The notes: a model not told the origin generated them from the sequence alone. A stretch of DNA of 64,000 bases from the human T2T-CHM13v2.0 reference genome, Homo sapiens (GCF_009914755.1 NC_060930.1); one strand, 5' to 3'. Shown: positions 1 to 13,089, counted from the first letter of the stretch. Program-made: numbers and translations.

Positions 1-419
1 CTCTCACCAGAAGAACTGTGAACAGATGCAGTTCTTGAAAACACAGTGTCCTTGTCACATTTACTTGTCTGTCTCTCCTAGTGAGCAAGCCTTGCTTGTG
101 GTATCCTAGTAAATATTCTGTTTTTTATGTCATAGCCAGATCATAGTTCAATTCAGTACAAAAATCACTGTAACCAGTAACTTTGATACACAGAGCCTAA
201 GTCATAAGGGAAGATACACAATGCCATGTAATGAGAAGACTTTTTATCTTTTTCATCCTGTCACACAATTTCTTGTATTCTGTGACACAATTCCTTGGAG
301 CCAGAAATAAGAATAGTACATTGCCTTTGTAGCCACTTTTCAATGTAGAACTTCAGATGCTTCAAATACGATAAATGCCTCTACACAACATCTTGTATCA
401 TAAATTGGGAACTATCCCC

Positions 420-630
420 AGTGTAGCGGAATAACCTAGGCATCACACATAAGCACCTCTGTCTTCACTGATAACTAGCTGAGTAACCTTGAAAACGGCA
501 CACCTTTTTGAATTTCCATTTTATCTTTTATAAAGATGCTACATTAAAAAATGTGATAGGGTAGTTGAGAGGATCACAAGAAAGCAATTAGATATGAAAG
601 TGCTTTGCAAAAACATAGAGCACTGTATAT
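420..630 (+). mobile_element. MIR-family SINE relic
   Basis: Degenerate MIR core/3' motifs (actagctgagtaaccttg...ttatctttataaag...agggtagttgagaggatca...atatgaaagtgctttg). Confidence 0.6.
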
Positions 631-939
631 CAGCGAGATAACATACCAATCAATCTCTTAACTCATTCAAACATAAGGAATAGAAGTACAACTTGAATAA
701 AGCAGCTTGTTGAATCCTAAAGAATTGCATAATTCTTTGGGATTTGGAATTGACCTCCTTGTTCTCTTCTACCATTCCTTCTTTCCCCATTTTAAACCAT
801 GTCTTATTTCTCAACCATTTAATTAATTTGTGACACTGAGTATATGGAATCAAACTCAGAATCTCAGAGAAAAAGATTTGATATGTTCCCTGAAGAACTC
901 TAAAGAAGATTACTTTGGTTTGACTTTTTAATTTTTTTT

Positions 940-1078
940 AAGAAATTTTTTATTTTCATTGGGTTTTGGTGAACAAGGAGTATTTGGTTACATGAGTAAA
1001 TTATTTAGTGGTGATATGTGAGATTTTGGTGCACCCATCACCCAAGCAGTATACACTGAACCCAATTTGTAGTTTTTT
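940..1078 (-). mobile_element. L1PB-like 3' end fragment
   Basis: T-rich tail followed by tttggttacatgagtaa...tagtggtgat..gagattttggtgcacccatcacccaagcagtatacactg, the antisense L1PB-type 3' terminus. Confidence 0.75.
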
Positions 1079-1535
1079 GGATTTACTTTTTTAAAAGAGT
1101 TATATATTTAATATTCATTTTTTCCGTCTCTCTGGACTTCTTCCAGTTTTTCCACATTAGTGTTAAAATTGAGGACTTCGGGTGATTGTAACATCACATA
1201 CAGAATTATGTAGATAACGAGCTGTCATCTTCTTTTTGCGTATTCTTACATGATAAACAGTTTCCTAAGTTTCTACCTAGTCTCAGTATTCATGATTTAG
1301 AGTGGTGGCATGATATTCTATAACTGGCTATACAGGTGTACCTCAGAGATGTTTTGGATTCAGTCCTAGACCACTGCAATAAAGCAAATATTGCGATAAG
1401 TGAGTCACACCTATTTTTTGGTTTTCAGTGTATATTAAACTTATGTTTACACTATACTATAATTTTTTAAGTGTGAAATAGTATTATGCCTAAAAGTGCA
1501 TACCTTAATTAAAAACAGTTTACTGCTAAAAAATG

Positions 1536-2990
1536 CTAATGATCATCTGAGCTTTCAGCAAATTTTAATCTTTTTTGGTGGCTGAGGTCTTGCCTTGATG
1601 TTGATGGCTGCTGACTAATCAGGGTGGTTGTTGCTGAATGTTGGGGTGGCTGTGGCAATTTCTTAATATAAGACAACAATAAAGTTTGCCACATCAATTG
1701 ATTCGTCTTTTCATTAACGACTTCTCTGTAGCATACCATGCTGTTTGATAGCATTTTACCCATATTAGAACTTGTTTCAAAATTGGAGTCAATCCTCTCA
1801 ACCCTGCTGCTGCCTTGTCAACTAAGTTTATGTAATGGTCTCAATCATTTGTTGTCATTTCACAGCATCTTCACCAGGAGCAGATTTTGTCTTAAGATTC
1901 CATTTTCTTAGTTCATCCAGAAGAAGTAACTCTTCATCTGTTCAAGCTTTTTCATGAAATTGTATTAATTCAATCACATCTTCAGCCTCCACTTCTAATT
2001 CTAGTTCTTTTATTGTTTCCAACACATCCGCAGTGACTTTCTCCATTGAAGTCTTAAACCTCTCAAAGACCTTCATGAAGGTTGGAATCAACTTCTTACA
2101 AACTCTTAATAATGTTGATATTTTGAATTTTGATCTTCTTTAGTGAATCCCAAATATTCTTAATGGCATCTGGAATGGTGAATCACTTTCATACGGTTTT
2201 CAATTTACTTTGCCCAGATCCATCAGAGGAATCACCATCTATGGCAGCTATAGCTTCATGAAATGCATTTCTTAAATAAGACTTGAAAGTCAAAATTACT
2301 CTTTGATCCATGGGCTGCAGAACAGATGTTGTATTAGCAGCCATGAAAACAACATTAATCTTCCTGTACGTCTCCCTCAGAACTCTTGGGTGACCAGGTG
2401 TATTGTCAATGAGCAGTAATATTTTGAAAGGAATCTTCTCTTTTCTGAGCAGTAGATCTCAACAGTGGGCTTTAAATATTCAGTAAACCATGCTATAAAC
2501 AGAAGTGCCGTCATTCAGGCTATATTGCTCCATTTATAAAGCACAGGCAAAGTAGATTAAGCATAACTTTTAAAGGCCTCAGATTTTCAAAATGATAAAT
2601 GAACATTGGTTTCAACTTAAAGTCAACAGTTGCATTAGCCCCTAACAAAGAAATCAGCCTGTCCTTTGAAGCTTTGGAGCTAGCATCGACTTCTCCTTTC
2701 TAGCTTTAAAAGCCCAAAGCTTTATGTAGTTTGTCTGCATTCAAAATCACTTGTTTAAAGTAGTCACTTTCATCAATTATCTTATGTAGATCTTGATAAC
2801 TTCCTGCAACTTGTACATCAGCACTTGCTTCTTCATCTTGCACTTTGATGTTATGGATATAGCTTCTTTCCTTAAAAATGGTTTCTTTCCTCAAGAACCA
2901 ACCCCTTCTAGCTTCAAACTTTTCTGCAGAATCTTTCTTACCTCTCTAAGCCTTCATAGAATTGAAGAGAGTTAGAGCTCTGCTCTGGAT
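1536..2990 (-). pseudogene. Disrupted Tigger1 (pogo-like) transposase coding remnants
   Basis: Short ORF pieces 1536-1763 and 2706-2894 resemble Tigger1 ORFs; multiple stops and frameshifts. Confidence 0.75.
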
Positions 2991-3315
2991 TAGGCTTGGC
3001 TTAAGGGAATGTTGTGAATGGTTTGATCCTTCCAGATCACTAAAACTGTCTCCTTAACAGCAATAAGGCTGTTTCACTTTCTTATCATTTGTGTATTCAC
3101 TGTGGAGTAGCACTTTTAATTCCTTTCAGGGACTTTTTATTTGCATTCACAACTTGGCTAACTTTTTGGTGAAAGGGGTCTAGCTTTTCACTTATCTTGG
3201 CTTTCATCATGGCTTCTTCACCAAGCTTAATCATTTTTAACTTTTGATTTAAGAGGAAGATGTGCAACTCTTCCTTTCACTTGAACACTTAGAGGCAATT
3301 ATATAGGTTTCTGTG

Positions 3316-4081
3316 TTTTTTTTTAATTTTTATTTCAGGCTCAGGTGTACATGTGTAGGTTTATTATATAGGTAAATGGCGTGCTGTGGGAATTTGGCGT
3401 ACAGATTATTTCATTGCCCGGGTAATAAGGATAGTACCCAACAGGTAGTCTTTTGATCCTCACCCTCCTCCCACTCTCCACCCTCAAGTAGGCCCTGGTG
3501 TCTGTTGTTCCTTTCTTTGTATCCCTGTGTACTCAATGTCTAGCTGCCATTTATAAATGAGAACATGTGACATTTGGTTTTCTGTTCCTACATTAGCTCA
3601 CTTAAGATAATGGCCTCTAGCTCCATCTACATTGCTGCAGAGGACATGATCTTGTTTATTTTTATGGCTGTATAGTATTCCATGATGTATATGTAACACA
3701 TTGTCTTTATCCAGTCTATCACTGATGGACATATAGGTTGGTTCCATGTCTTTACTATTGTGAATAGAACTGTAATAAACATATGCACATGGGTGTCTTT
3801 ATGGTAGAATGATTTATATTCATCTGGGTGTATACTCAGTAATGGGGCAGCTGGGTTGAATGGTAGCTCTGTTTTAAGTTCTTTAAGAAATCACTGTGCT
3901 GCTTTCCACAGTGTCTAAACTAATTTACATTCCCAGCAGTAGTGTATAAGTGCTCCCTTTTCACCACAACCTTGCCAGCATCTGTTATTTTTTGACTTTT
4001 TATAGTAGCCATTCTGACTGATGTGAGATGGTATCTCATTGTGGTTTTGATTTGCATTTCTCTAATGATCAGTGATGTTGA
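3316..4081 (-). mobile_element. 5'-truncated L1PA13-15-like element nested in Tigger1
   Basis: Poly(T), antisense L1 3'UTR (ccaccctcaagtaggccctggtgtctg) and ORF2 end (gagatggtatctcattgtggttttgatttgcatttc). Tigger1 sequence resumes at aattggcctaatt. Confidence 0.88.
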
Positions 4082-4520
4082 CCAATTGGCCTAATTGTAC
4101 TATTATTGTGTCTCAGTGAAAGGAAAGGCCTGTGGAGAGGGAGAGAGATGGGGGAATGCCGAGGCAGTAGAGCCATCAGAAAACATACAACATTTATTGA
4201 TTAACTTTATTGTCTTATATGGGCATGGTTCATGGTGTCCCAAAACAATTACAATAGTGACATTCAGGATCACTTATCATAGATCATCATAAGAGATATA
4301 ATAATAATGAAAAAGTCTGAAATACTGCAAGAATAACCCAAATGTGACAGAGACACAAAGTGAGCACATACTGTTGGAAAAATGGCACTCATAGACTTGT
4401 TCTATGCAGGACTGCCACATACCTTCAATTTGTAAAAATGCAATATCTGTGTTTGCACATTGATTTATTGTGCATCACAGATATTGCATTTTGAATGCCT
4501 GTACTGAAATGCCCTTTATT

Positions 4521-5600
4521 AAGCCAAAATTGACAAATGGGACCCAATTAAACTAAAGAGCTTCTGCACAGCAAAAGAAACTATCATAAGAGTAAACAGG
4601 TGACCTACAGAATGGGAGAAAATTCTTGCAATCTATATATCTGAGAAAGGGCTAATATCCGGAATCTACAAAGAACTTAAACAAATTTACAAGAGAAAAC
4701 AAACAACCCCATCAAAAACTGGGTGAAGGATATGAACAAACACTTCTCAAAAAAAGACATTTATGCAGCCAACAAACATGTGAAAAAAAGCTCATCATCA
4801 CTATGATGATGAGTGATGAGAAATCACTATGATGATGAGCTTTTTTTAGAAATCGAAAACAATGAGATACCATCTCATGCCAGTTAGAATGGCGATCATT
4901 AAAAAGTCAGGAAACAGCAAATGCTGGAGAGGATGTGGAGAAATAGGAACACTTTTACATTGTTGATGGGAGTGTAAATTAGTTCAATCATTGTGGAAGA
5001 CAGTGTGGTGATTCCTCGAGGATCTAGAACCAGAAATACTATTTGACCCAGCAATCCCATTACTGGGTATATATCCAAAGGATTATAAGTCATTTTACTA
5101 TAAAGACACACACGCACGTATGTTTATTGCAGCACTGTTCACAAGAGCAGAGTTGGAACCAACCCAAATGTCCATCAGTGATAGACTGGATAAAGCAAAT
5201 GTGGCACATATACACCAGGGAATACTATGCAGCCACAAAAAGGGATGAGTTCATGTCCTTTGCGGGGACTTGGATGAAGCTGGAAACCATCATTCTCAGC
5301 AAACTATCACAAGAACAGAAAACCAAACAATGCATGTTCTCACTCATGAGTGGGAGATGAACAACGAGAACACATGAACATAAGGAGGGGAACATCACAC
5401 ACTAGGGCCTGTTGGGGGGTAGGGGGCTGGGGAGGGATAGCATTAGGAGAAATACCTAATGTAGATGATGGGTTGATGGGTGCAGCAAACCACCATGGCA
5501 CATGTATACCTATGTAACAAACCTGCACAATCTGCACATGTGTCTCAGAACTTAAAGTATAACAATAAAATAAAATAAAATAAAATAAAATAAAATAAAA
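4521..5600 (+). mobile_element. 5'-truncated L1PA5-7-like element
   Basis: ORF2 C-terminus (ORF 5043-5360 ends ...[14 protein letters not shown]), 3'UTR and (TAAAA)n tail. Decayed TSD aaatgccctttatt (4507-4520) vs aaatgctgtttgtt (5598-5611), 11/14 match. Confidence 0.92.
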
Positions 5601-5649
5601 TGCTGTTTGTTTTAAGAATTCAGGATGTTTATAGTTTTTGGTTTGTTTT

Positions 5650-6100
5650 TGTTTTTCCTTCAATTTATCCAGTACTGTGCATATATCTTTTAAATTTTGT
5701 TTTATTTTCTCATCCTTTCTAATCTATTTTTGTTCTGTATTCAGGTTTCTCCACTTCATCATCAATTTATTTTTCTGTAATGCCTATTTTGCTAGTTTTC
5801 TTCCTCCAGTGTGATTTGTTTTTGGTCGATTACTCTGTTTTTCATTTGTCTACAATCTGCTCTTATTCTGGCCTGCCCTCAAATAATACCTGCTTGAAAA
5901 CCTCATTTTTGAACATTAAGTAGATATTTTCTAAATTTATTTTATATTTCTTCAAAACACTATTTTTGAGGTTCTCCCTCACCCTTGCCATGCCTTTACA
6001 GAGTTTTTCCTTTATTTTTGTGCTATAAATGTTCTTTTATGGATCCTTGCAGGCTATTTTTTCTTTTTCCTTCGCATTCATCTTTGAGTGAGGCTAAGTC
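5650..6100 (-). mobile_element. Possible old L1M/HAL1 fragment
   Basis: T-rich degenerate sequence resembling antisense old L1 ORF1 region; weak. Confidence 0.3.
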
Positions 6101-7685
6101 CAATCGGATGTGATAGTCCAAAGCAACCAACAGTCACCTTTGCTTAGACTTTTCTTAGAGCTACCATTGTCTGCTCCTCTAAGAGCAACCTCCTCTGGCA
6201 GATTTGAGGTTGGAGAGCAGGCTGATTTCAGCGCACCCAGCATAGGCTCCAGTGCAAAGTACCACCAGAGCAGTGCCTCAACAAGTTTTAGTTTATCTTC
6301 CTGGCTGTGAATGAACTAATTAGAATTCAAGTTAACGGGAAAATTTTTTGAAATGGGTTAACAGAACTGTGATTGCTAGTTATGCTGTTTTTAATCGAGT
6401 CTCATCAATTTGGTAGTTTGTAGAAATGTTGATTAGATTCAGCATTGAAGATTATTGAATTGAATATTCAATTCAACATTGATATTGATGTTGAAGATTA
6501 TTTTATTTGTGTTAATTGCTTTCAAGACTTACTAAGATTTTTTCTCAAATCAGACATTTTCTTGGACATCTTAATAGGCATTTGGGAAGGGAGATTTCTT
6601 ACTTTTATTTTCTTGTTTCTGTAACTTAGTTTCTACATAATAAAAAAAACCAGAATTTCATTTGTTTGCTTTTCTATGTCACATTGTGATTTTTTTTTCC
6701 TTATTTAATTCCGTATGCACAGTGAAAACAGGTCATTTCTTAAGGCTATAGTTTAGGCTTTTGAGCACTGAAGCCATTCATAGACTGCATGATATTAATA
6801 CTATATATTAATATCAACATTATGAATCCATATGGTAGCTCTTCTGTTGCATACTGAAGTCATGGGCAGTCACACATATGAGAATCATTGCAAATCCTGT
6901 ATTAATGGAATAGGAGTTCATGATATTTAAATATATTGCATACTCAAGTACAGCCAAATTATTATCTATGCTAATTAAGAGATGCAAAGTCACAGAAATA
7001 CAATGAAATCTGGAAACTATGCATTATTTTGGATTCATTTGCATTATAACTTTTGACTTTCTTCATATTTAGATAACTAGAATCTCTCCTAAACTTACAT
7101 GCAAATTAACTTGGATTTTCTGAAAATATACCAATTGCCTAAATTAGCATGTTAGTTTGCAACAAAAAAATAGAAATCCAGGATATATAATTCGAGGTAG
7201 ATAATTCTTAAAATACATAATCCACAAATAGTTAAGAATTAGCAAGTCTTCTTTATGAATCTGTAAAAATTCCTGGCGTGATGTGCATGTGTGTGCACAT
7301 GTATATGTTTATGTGTATCAAAAGTATAATTAATGTAAGGATTGCAGCTGTGTATTTTCCATAGTGTTAAGTTGAACAATAGAACTATTACCTGGTTTTC
7401 ATCTTAATACTTTAAGTCTACTTTTATAGTTACTTTAACCTAACTTAAAATTATTTCATAAATAAATACATTAACCAATATGAAATTTAATACTAAACCC
7501 TGCAATTCTGTACCAATGTTTTAGCCATGCTTTCTCCATTTTCAGAAAATATTAAAACATATGACAACATTTGTGTCCAAATCCATTTGGATTATTCTTT
7601 TTGCTAAAATATGATAATGCTTTTCCTGATTATCAGTATATAGTATCTGTTCTACTTCCTTGATCCACTAATTTTTAATTTCTCA

Positions 7686-7996
<311 letters not shown>

Positions 7997-8409
7997 CTAG
8001 ATGGCAGTTTGCACACTGTTTTACCTTATTGAAGATAATTGTCAAAGTTGCTAGATAATCTTCAAAGCCTTGAATTTTTATATTGATTTACACTTAAAGT
8101 TTTTCCTTATAAAACTTTTAATATTAAAAAAATATAATCACTCCCTAAGCCTGTGTCATCTTTCAGTTATGAACCCTTCCTTGATCTCTAAACAACTACT
8201 TTAAATGCAGGAGAAAGCCTTCTTAATGTGTACCCTGTAAAAAACATATTCAAAATTTTCTTTATTATTATGTTCTCTATGAATTCCTGGTGTTGATTTT
8301 GGAGGAAAATGTAATGGTCTTGTGCTGGTGTAGGTTCAGGCTATGTGTGAACCACGTTCAGATCTAGCTGTACTCAGTGTCTCAAAACCACATTAATAGG
8401 TAGCCCTGC

Positions 8410-8615
8410 AAAGTGGTAATGAGCAGTTTCTGAACGCAGGTGGCCTTTGGTCCAAATCCTGACCCTGCCACTTACCAGACAAGTTCTTGAACTTCTCTGT
8501 GCTTCCGTTTCTGAATCTGTAAAATACAGATAATAATCATACTTATCTTTTAGGGTAATTGACTGACAAGTACATGAGATAATACCTGGCACACAGTATA
8601 TTGTTACAGAGTTTG
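8410..8615 (+). mobile_element. MIR
   Basis: tccaaatcctgaccctgccacttacc...aacttctctgtgcttccgtttctgaatctgtaaaat...cctggcacacagta. Confidence 0.8.
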
Positions 8616-9102
8616 CCACCATGATTACTACCCATTCAGTGCAAGTGAGGTACCCTATATAAACTACATAGCAAAACAGGACATGTGATGCTGGGCCTGA
8701 GCTGTTCAGCCCCGTAAACAAGGATAGAAGCAGGGTAGACCCCTCCTGATCCACGTGGAATGAGATTTTCAAAGTAAAAGAAGGGAATTGTCCAGATAGG
8801 AGAAGGCGGAAGGAATGTTGGGTAAGTACAAGCAACAGATGTCCACTCCCTATGGGGAAATATTGAAGGAATCATAAAGGGGAAAAAGATTGTATTGTCA
8901 TTTTCATTAGCAGAAGTACTATTTTGCAAAAGAGATGTTAGTCATGCTCCATGTGGTTGTATAAGTTCAGAATAGGACATGCACATAAGACAGGCAAGAA
9001 GTCAGATTCCCATGACTCAAAGGAAAAAAAAAAACCTGATTAGAATTTGAAATTGAATGAACTGTATTGTAAGGCTGTGAGATGCATGTTGCTTGAGACG
9101 GC

Positions 9103-9759
9103 TTTTATTTCTTATTTTTTCTTTTTCCCTTTTCCAACTTTTATTTTGGAACCAGGGGGTACATGTGCAGATTTCTTACAAAGGTACATGTGCATGATGC
9201 TCAGCTTTGGAGCACAAATGAATCCGTCACCTAGGTAAGAGAGTATATTACCCAACAGACAGTTTTTTCAACCCTTGTCTTCCTCCCTCCTTCCTCTCTC
9301 TTGTATTCCCCAGTGTCTATTATTCCCATTTTTGTGACTATGTATACTCAGATTTTAGCTCCCATTTATAAGTGAGAACACATGGTATTTGGTTTTCTGT
9401 TTCTGCGTTAGTTCATGTAGGATAATTCTTTCCAGCTACATCCATGTTGCTACAAAGGACAAGATTTTTTTAATGGTTGTATAGTACTCCATGCACTACA
9501 TTTTCTTTATCCAATCCACCATTGATGGGTACCTGAGTTGATTCCATGTCTTTGCCATTGTGAATACTGCTGCAATGAACATATGGTTGCATGTGTCTTT
9601 TTGGTCGAACAGTTTATTTTCTTTGGGGTAGATACCAGTAGTGGGATTGCTGGGTTGAATGGTAGTTGAACTCTCAGTTCTTTGAGAAATCTCCAAATTG
9701 CTCTCTATGGTGAATGAACTAATTTACATTCCACCAACAGTGTAAATGTGCTCCCTTTT
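9103..9759 (-). mobile_element. L1PA15/16-like 3' end
   Basis: tttccaacttttattttgg..gggggtacatgtgcag antisense 3'UTR. ORF 9496-9696(-) contains ORF2 C-terminal remnant (MFIAAVFTMAKTWNQ...WIKKM). Confidence 0.88.
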
Positions 9760-9820
9760 GGAGGAAGTTTTTAAGCAGAGGTCTAAATCACTCCTTAGAG
9801 AACAGGTTTTACATAATAAT

Positions 9821-9828
9821 AGACAGAC

Positions 9829-9859
<31 letters not shown>
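9821..9859. repeat. (AGAC)n(AG)n compound microsatellite
   Basis: Directly visible. Confidence 0.95.
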
Positions 9860-11178
9860 ACACAGTAAATGCATAGTAAATATGCCTAAATCTATGACTT
9901 CTACAAATGTGGGACATTTAGGGAAAGAGCTCAGATCTTTGAGAACTTGCTCTGTTATTAATGGTTGTATGATACTCAATCTTCCAAATTTCTAGTAAAA
10001 ATGTTAACATATTTATTCAGTTCTTAACTTTTCTAAGCTATAGTCTGGATGTAATTTTATTTTTGTCTTCACATTTAACCACATAAGTATAATCCATGCT
10101 TACTAGAGAGTTCAGAAACATAGCTAATTCTCAAAACCCATTTTAGTTAATATTTCCAATTGAACTGGTGAGTTTCTGTATTATACCCCTCACTCTGGCA
10201 TTAATGAATTTCGCTGAGAGAACAATTTGATTGATTAATTGATCTCATGTTAGCAAAATAACTAAATTTGCTCGTCAGCAATAAGAAAGGCTGTATTCCT
10301 TAGAGAGTAGCACATGAATTAGAAACTTGGTTATTTGTCTATTGCTTATTTATGTTTCCAATATGATATATGCCTTAAATCTCCTGTGAAGGTAGGCAGT
10401 GTATAAACTAAATTTATGTTTTATTTTAGACACATTCCAACCACTATTATTGTAAAGTCTTAGACATATATTTTACTTCTGGGTAATTATTTGACAGTAA
10501 TTTAGAGAGTCAATTACTAAACATATAAATATCCTTCTGAAATCTTTAAATTTTTTTGGAATGGAATAGGACAGTTAAAGAAATTAACTATTATGCTTAT
10601 CTAAGTAGGAAAGAGTTAATAAATAAATAACCAAACATGATCCTTAGTAAAGTAATTTAAAGTAATCTTAAACTATTAAAATGATTTCAAAATACCTATC
10701 TATCACAAGTTCATTGTTATACAAATAAAAGCCTAAGATAAGGACTGGGTTTAGATTTTTCTTATTTTTTAAAAAAGCCTTCTTACATTCTTAAAAAAAC
10801 AAAACAAAACAACAAAATAAGTTTCCAAAGATAAAGACTTTGAAAGAGAATTCCTCAAGTTATTATGCAAATAATTCTCAAAATGTTGTGAAAATAGTTT
10901 CCCAAACCTGATAAGTTTATATTGTGACGTGATAAAATGAAATATAACTTTTAGAATTCTCATAATAGAGAAAATAATCTGGCTTTATCTTTCTTTTCAC
11001 TGATTTTATTTTGATCAGCTCTAATCACGTAATTTCAGGGTTTTAGGGGAAAAGTTGTAATGCGCTTTGCATTTTAAAAGGTCGCTTATAGCTTACCTAC
11101 AAAACAACTCTGATATTTGGCAATAATTGTTAGAATTCATGGAATGTGTAGATTAAATATCATTGAACCTTCAAATAA

Positions 11179-11478
11179 TTTTTTTTTTTTTTTTTGAGAC
11201 GGAGTCTTGCTCTGTCGTCCAGGCTGGAGTGCAGTGGCACGATCTCAGCTCACTCTGCAAGCTCCACCTCCGGGGTTCACACCATTCTCCTGCCTCAGCC
11301 TCCTGAGTAGCTGGGACTACAGGCGCCCGCCACCTCGCCTGGCTAATTTTTTGTATTTTTAGTAGAGACGGGTTTTCACCCTGTTAGCCAGGATGGTCTT
11401 GATCTCCTGACCTCATGATCCGCCCACCTCGGCCTCCCACAGTGCTGGGATTACAGGCATGAGCCACCGCGCCCGGCC
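11179..11478 (-). mobile_element. AluY, full length
   Basis: AluY-type positions (gcaagctcc, ccattctcc, ttagccaggatggtc). 14-bp TSD tcaaataatttttt at 11171-11184 and 11479-11492. Confidence 0.95.
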
Positions 11479-12133
11479 TCAAATAATTTTTTAAAAGACT
11501 TTGTCATTGTGTTAAATTATGTCTTTGCATCCACAATTTTAACTTTATTCCCCCATTCTCCTGAGGGTAAAACTAAAATCTGTCCACAAGATAGAGAGAG
11601 AAGACCAAGGAATGTGGCAAGTCATGAGGAGGCTCCTTAAATTTCAGGCCAGAGCTAATCTACAGAATGAATAATCAGGTAATTGTTAAATGATTTGTCT
11701 TGGAAAATAATAATTGCTACAAACCTATGGTACAGCCCATCCAGTTGAGAGTAATATTAGAAAAGCCTCATTTATTTCATGAATCAGAATAAAGGCAAAA
11801 AATTGGCTTGAATGTCTTGAGGACAATTAAAAAGTAGCTAAATGCTACTTTGTGATTTTAATTACTTATCTGAACAAAATAAAATTTTTACGTAATAGCA
11901 CCTCCTCATTTAAAAAGCTACCTACTTAATCCAACAATCCTTGAACATCAATTGATACATATTTAAAAAATCATACTTTGAAAATGTAAGCCACATTTCC
12001 TTTTAAATTTTTAATATGAAATTTATGTTTCAGATTGGCTATGTGAATTTTTCTGCTTCTTGATCTATGTGTTTGTTATGAAGCTTCTAAATTCCTAAAT
12101 ATCTGAACTGTTAAACTTATGATCTTTTGATGT

Positions 12134-12298
12134 CAGTGGTCCCCAAACATCAAATCACATTTTGACTTTTGAAATATAGAGATTATCAGACTTCTTTGTG
12201 GACCTATTGAAGGAGAATATCTAGGAGTTGAGTCCCAGCATTCTATTGCTTTTTATGTTTCCTTGTGACTGTGATCACTTATATTTGGGAGACCTTGA
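12134..12298. mobile_element. MER5-like hAT-Charlie MITE
   Basis: Termini cagtggtccccaaa...tttgggagacc and internal agaatatctaggagttgagtcccagcattc. Confidence 0.5.
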
Positions 12299-12397
12299 TC
12301 CTGTACAACACTGAGCATCTCTGAACTTACTGGTTATTTTGAACATTTTATTCAATATCTTTCATCAGTTTGTAAGCTTCTGAATGGCAATGCTCAT

Positions 12398-12421
12398 ATT
12401 ACATTACATTACATTACATTA
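12398..12421. repeat. (ATTAC)n pentanucleotide microsatellite
   Basis: attacattacattacattacatt. Confidence 0.85.
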
Positions 12422-12879
12422 TGACTGAGTTTCAAAAAATCTTCTAAAGTAACTTTTATATGTTAAATATTTTAAAAACTTATGACCATCTCTAGATTGT
12501 GTTATGAGTAATAGGAATATGAAATCTTTTAAAAATATACAGATAAGGTTTTGATATGTTTGAAATGTCTTTTATTTTATTTGTAATTGTTAACATATTA
12601 TTCTGACTCCCTGGAGGCCAGTTTTCAGCTGTAGTTGGTACCCGATCCATAAAATTCTTTTCAAAAAGTCCATGAGTTAAGTACTCTTGGCTGTGTTTAA
12701 ATAACACTGTCAATTCCAAGTTGAATTTAAAATATGCCACAACATTTTCATATGATGAAAGATTCCTAACATTAGCTTAAGAAAGTTATGAAAACTACTG
12801 GAAAGCCAATGAAGCAATCTATGTTGTGCCTTTTTTGTACTACCACCACTATCATCACCACTATTTCTATGACCACTAT

Positions 12880-13040
12880 TTTTTACTATATGCTAAATGC
12901 TGTGCAAGTTGTTTTAAATATACAAACTCATTTTATCTTCATAACGACTCCACTCAGGAGGAAGAAATTGAGCATTAGATAGTTTCAGTAGCTTAGCCAA
13001 GGTCATTCAGCTATAAGATGGAGGAGATGGGATTTAACTA
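12880..13040 (-). mobile_element. MIR
   Basis: ctcattttatcttcataac...gaagaaattgagcattaga...gcttagccaaggtcattcagcta. Confidence 0.7.
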
Positions 13041-13089
13041 AATCTCCACACCTTTATCTCCCATAATAAATACCCCAAAAGTCTAATAA

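Larger units (their letters stand above)
1333..4501 (-). mobile_element. Tigger1 DNA transposon (TcMar-Tigger), near full length, decayed, interrupted by L1PA at 3316-4081
   Basis: TA|CAGG start (1331-1336) and CCTG|TA end (4498-4503) with TA target duplication. ORF 2706-2894(-) reads [20 protein letters not shown]..., matching Tigger1 transposase. Length minus the L1 insert is about 2.4 kb. Confidence 0.92.

Noticed and set aside
8374-8835. 153-aa minus-strand ORF
   Set aside because: Runs through a MIR, has a non-ATG start and no recognisable domain.
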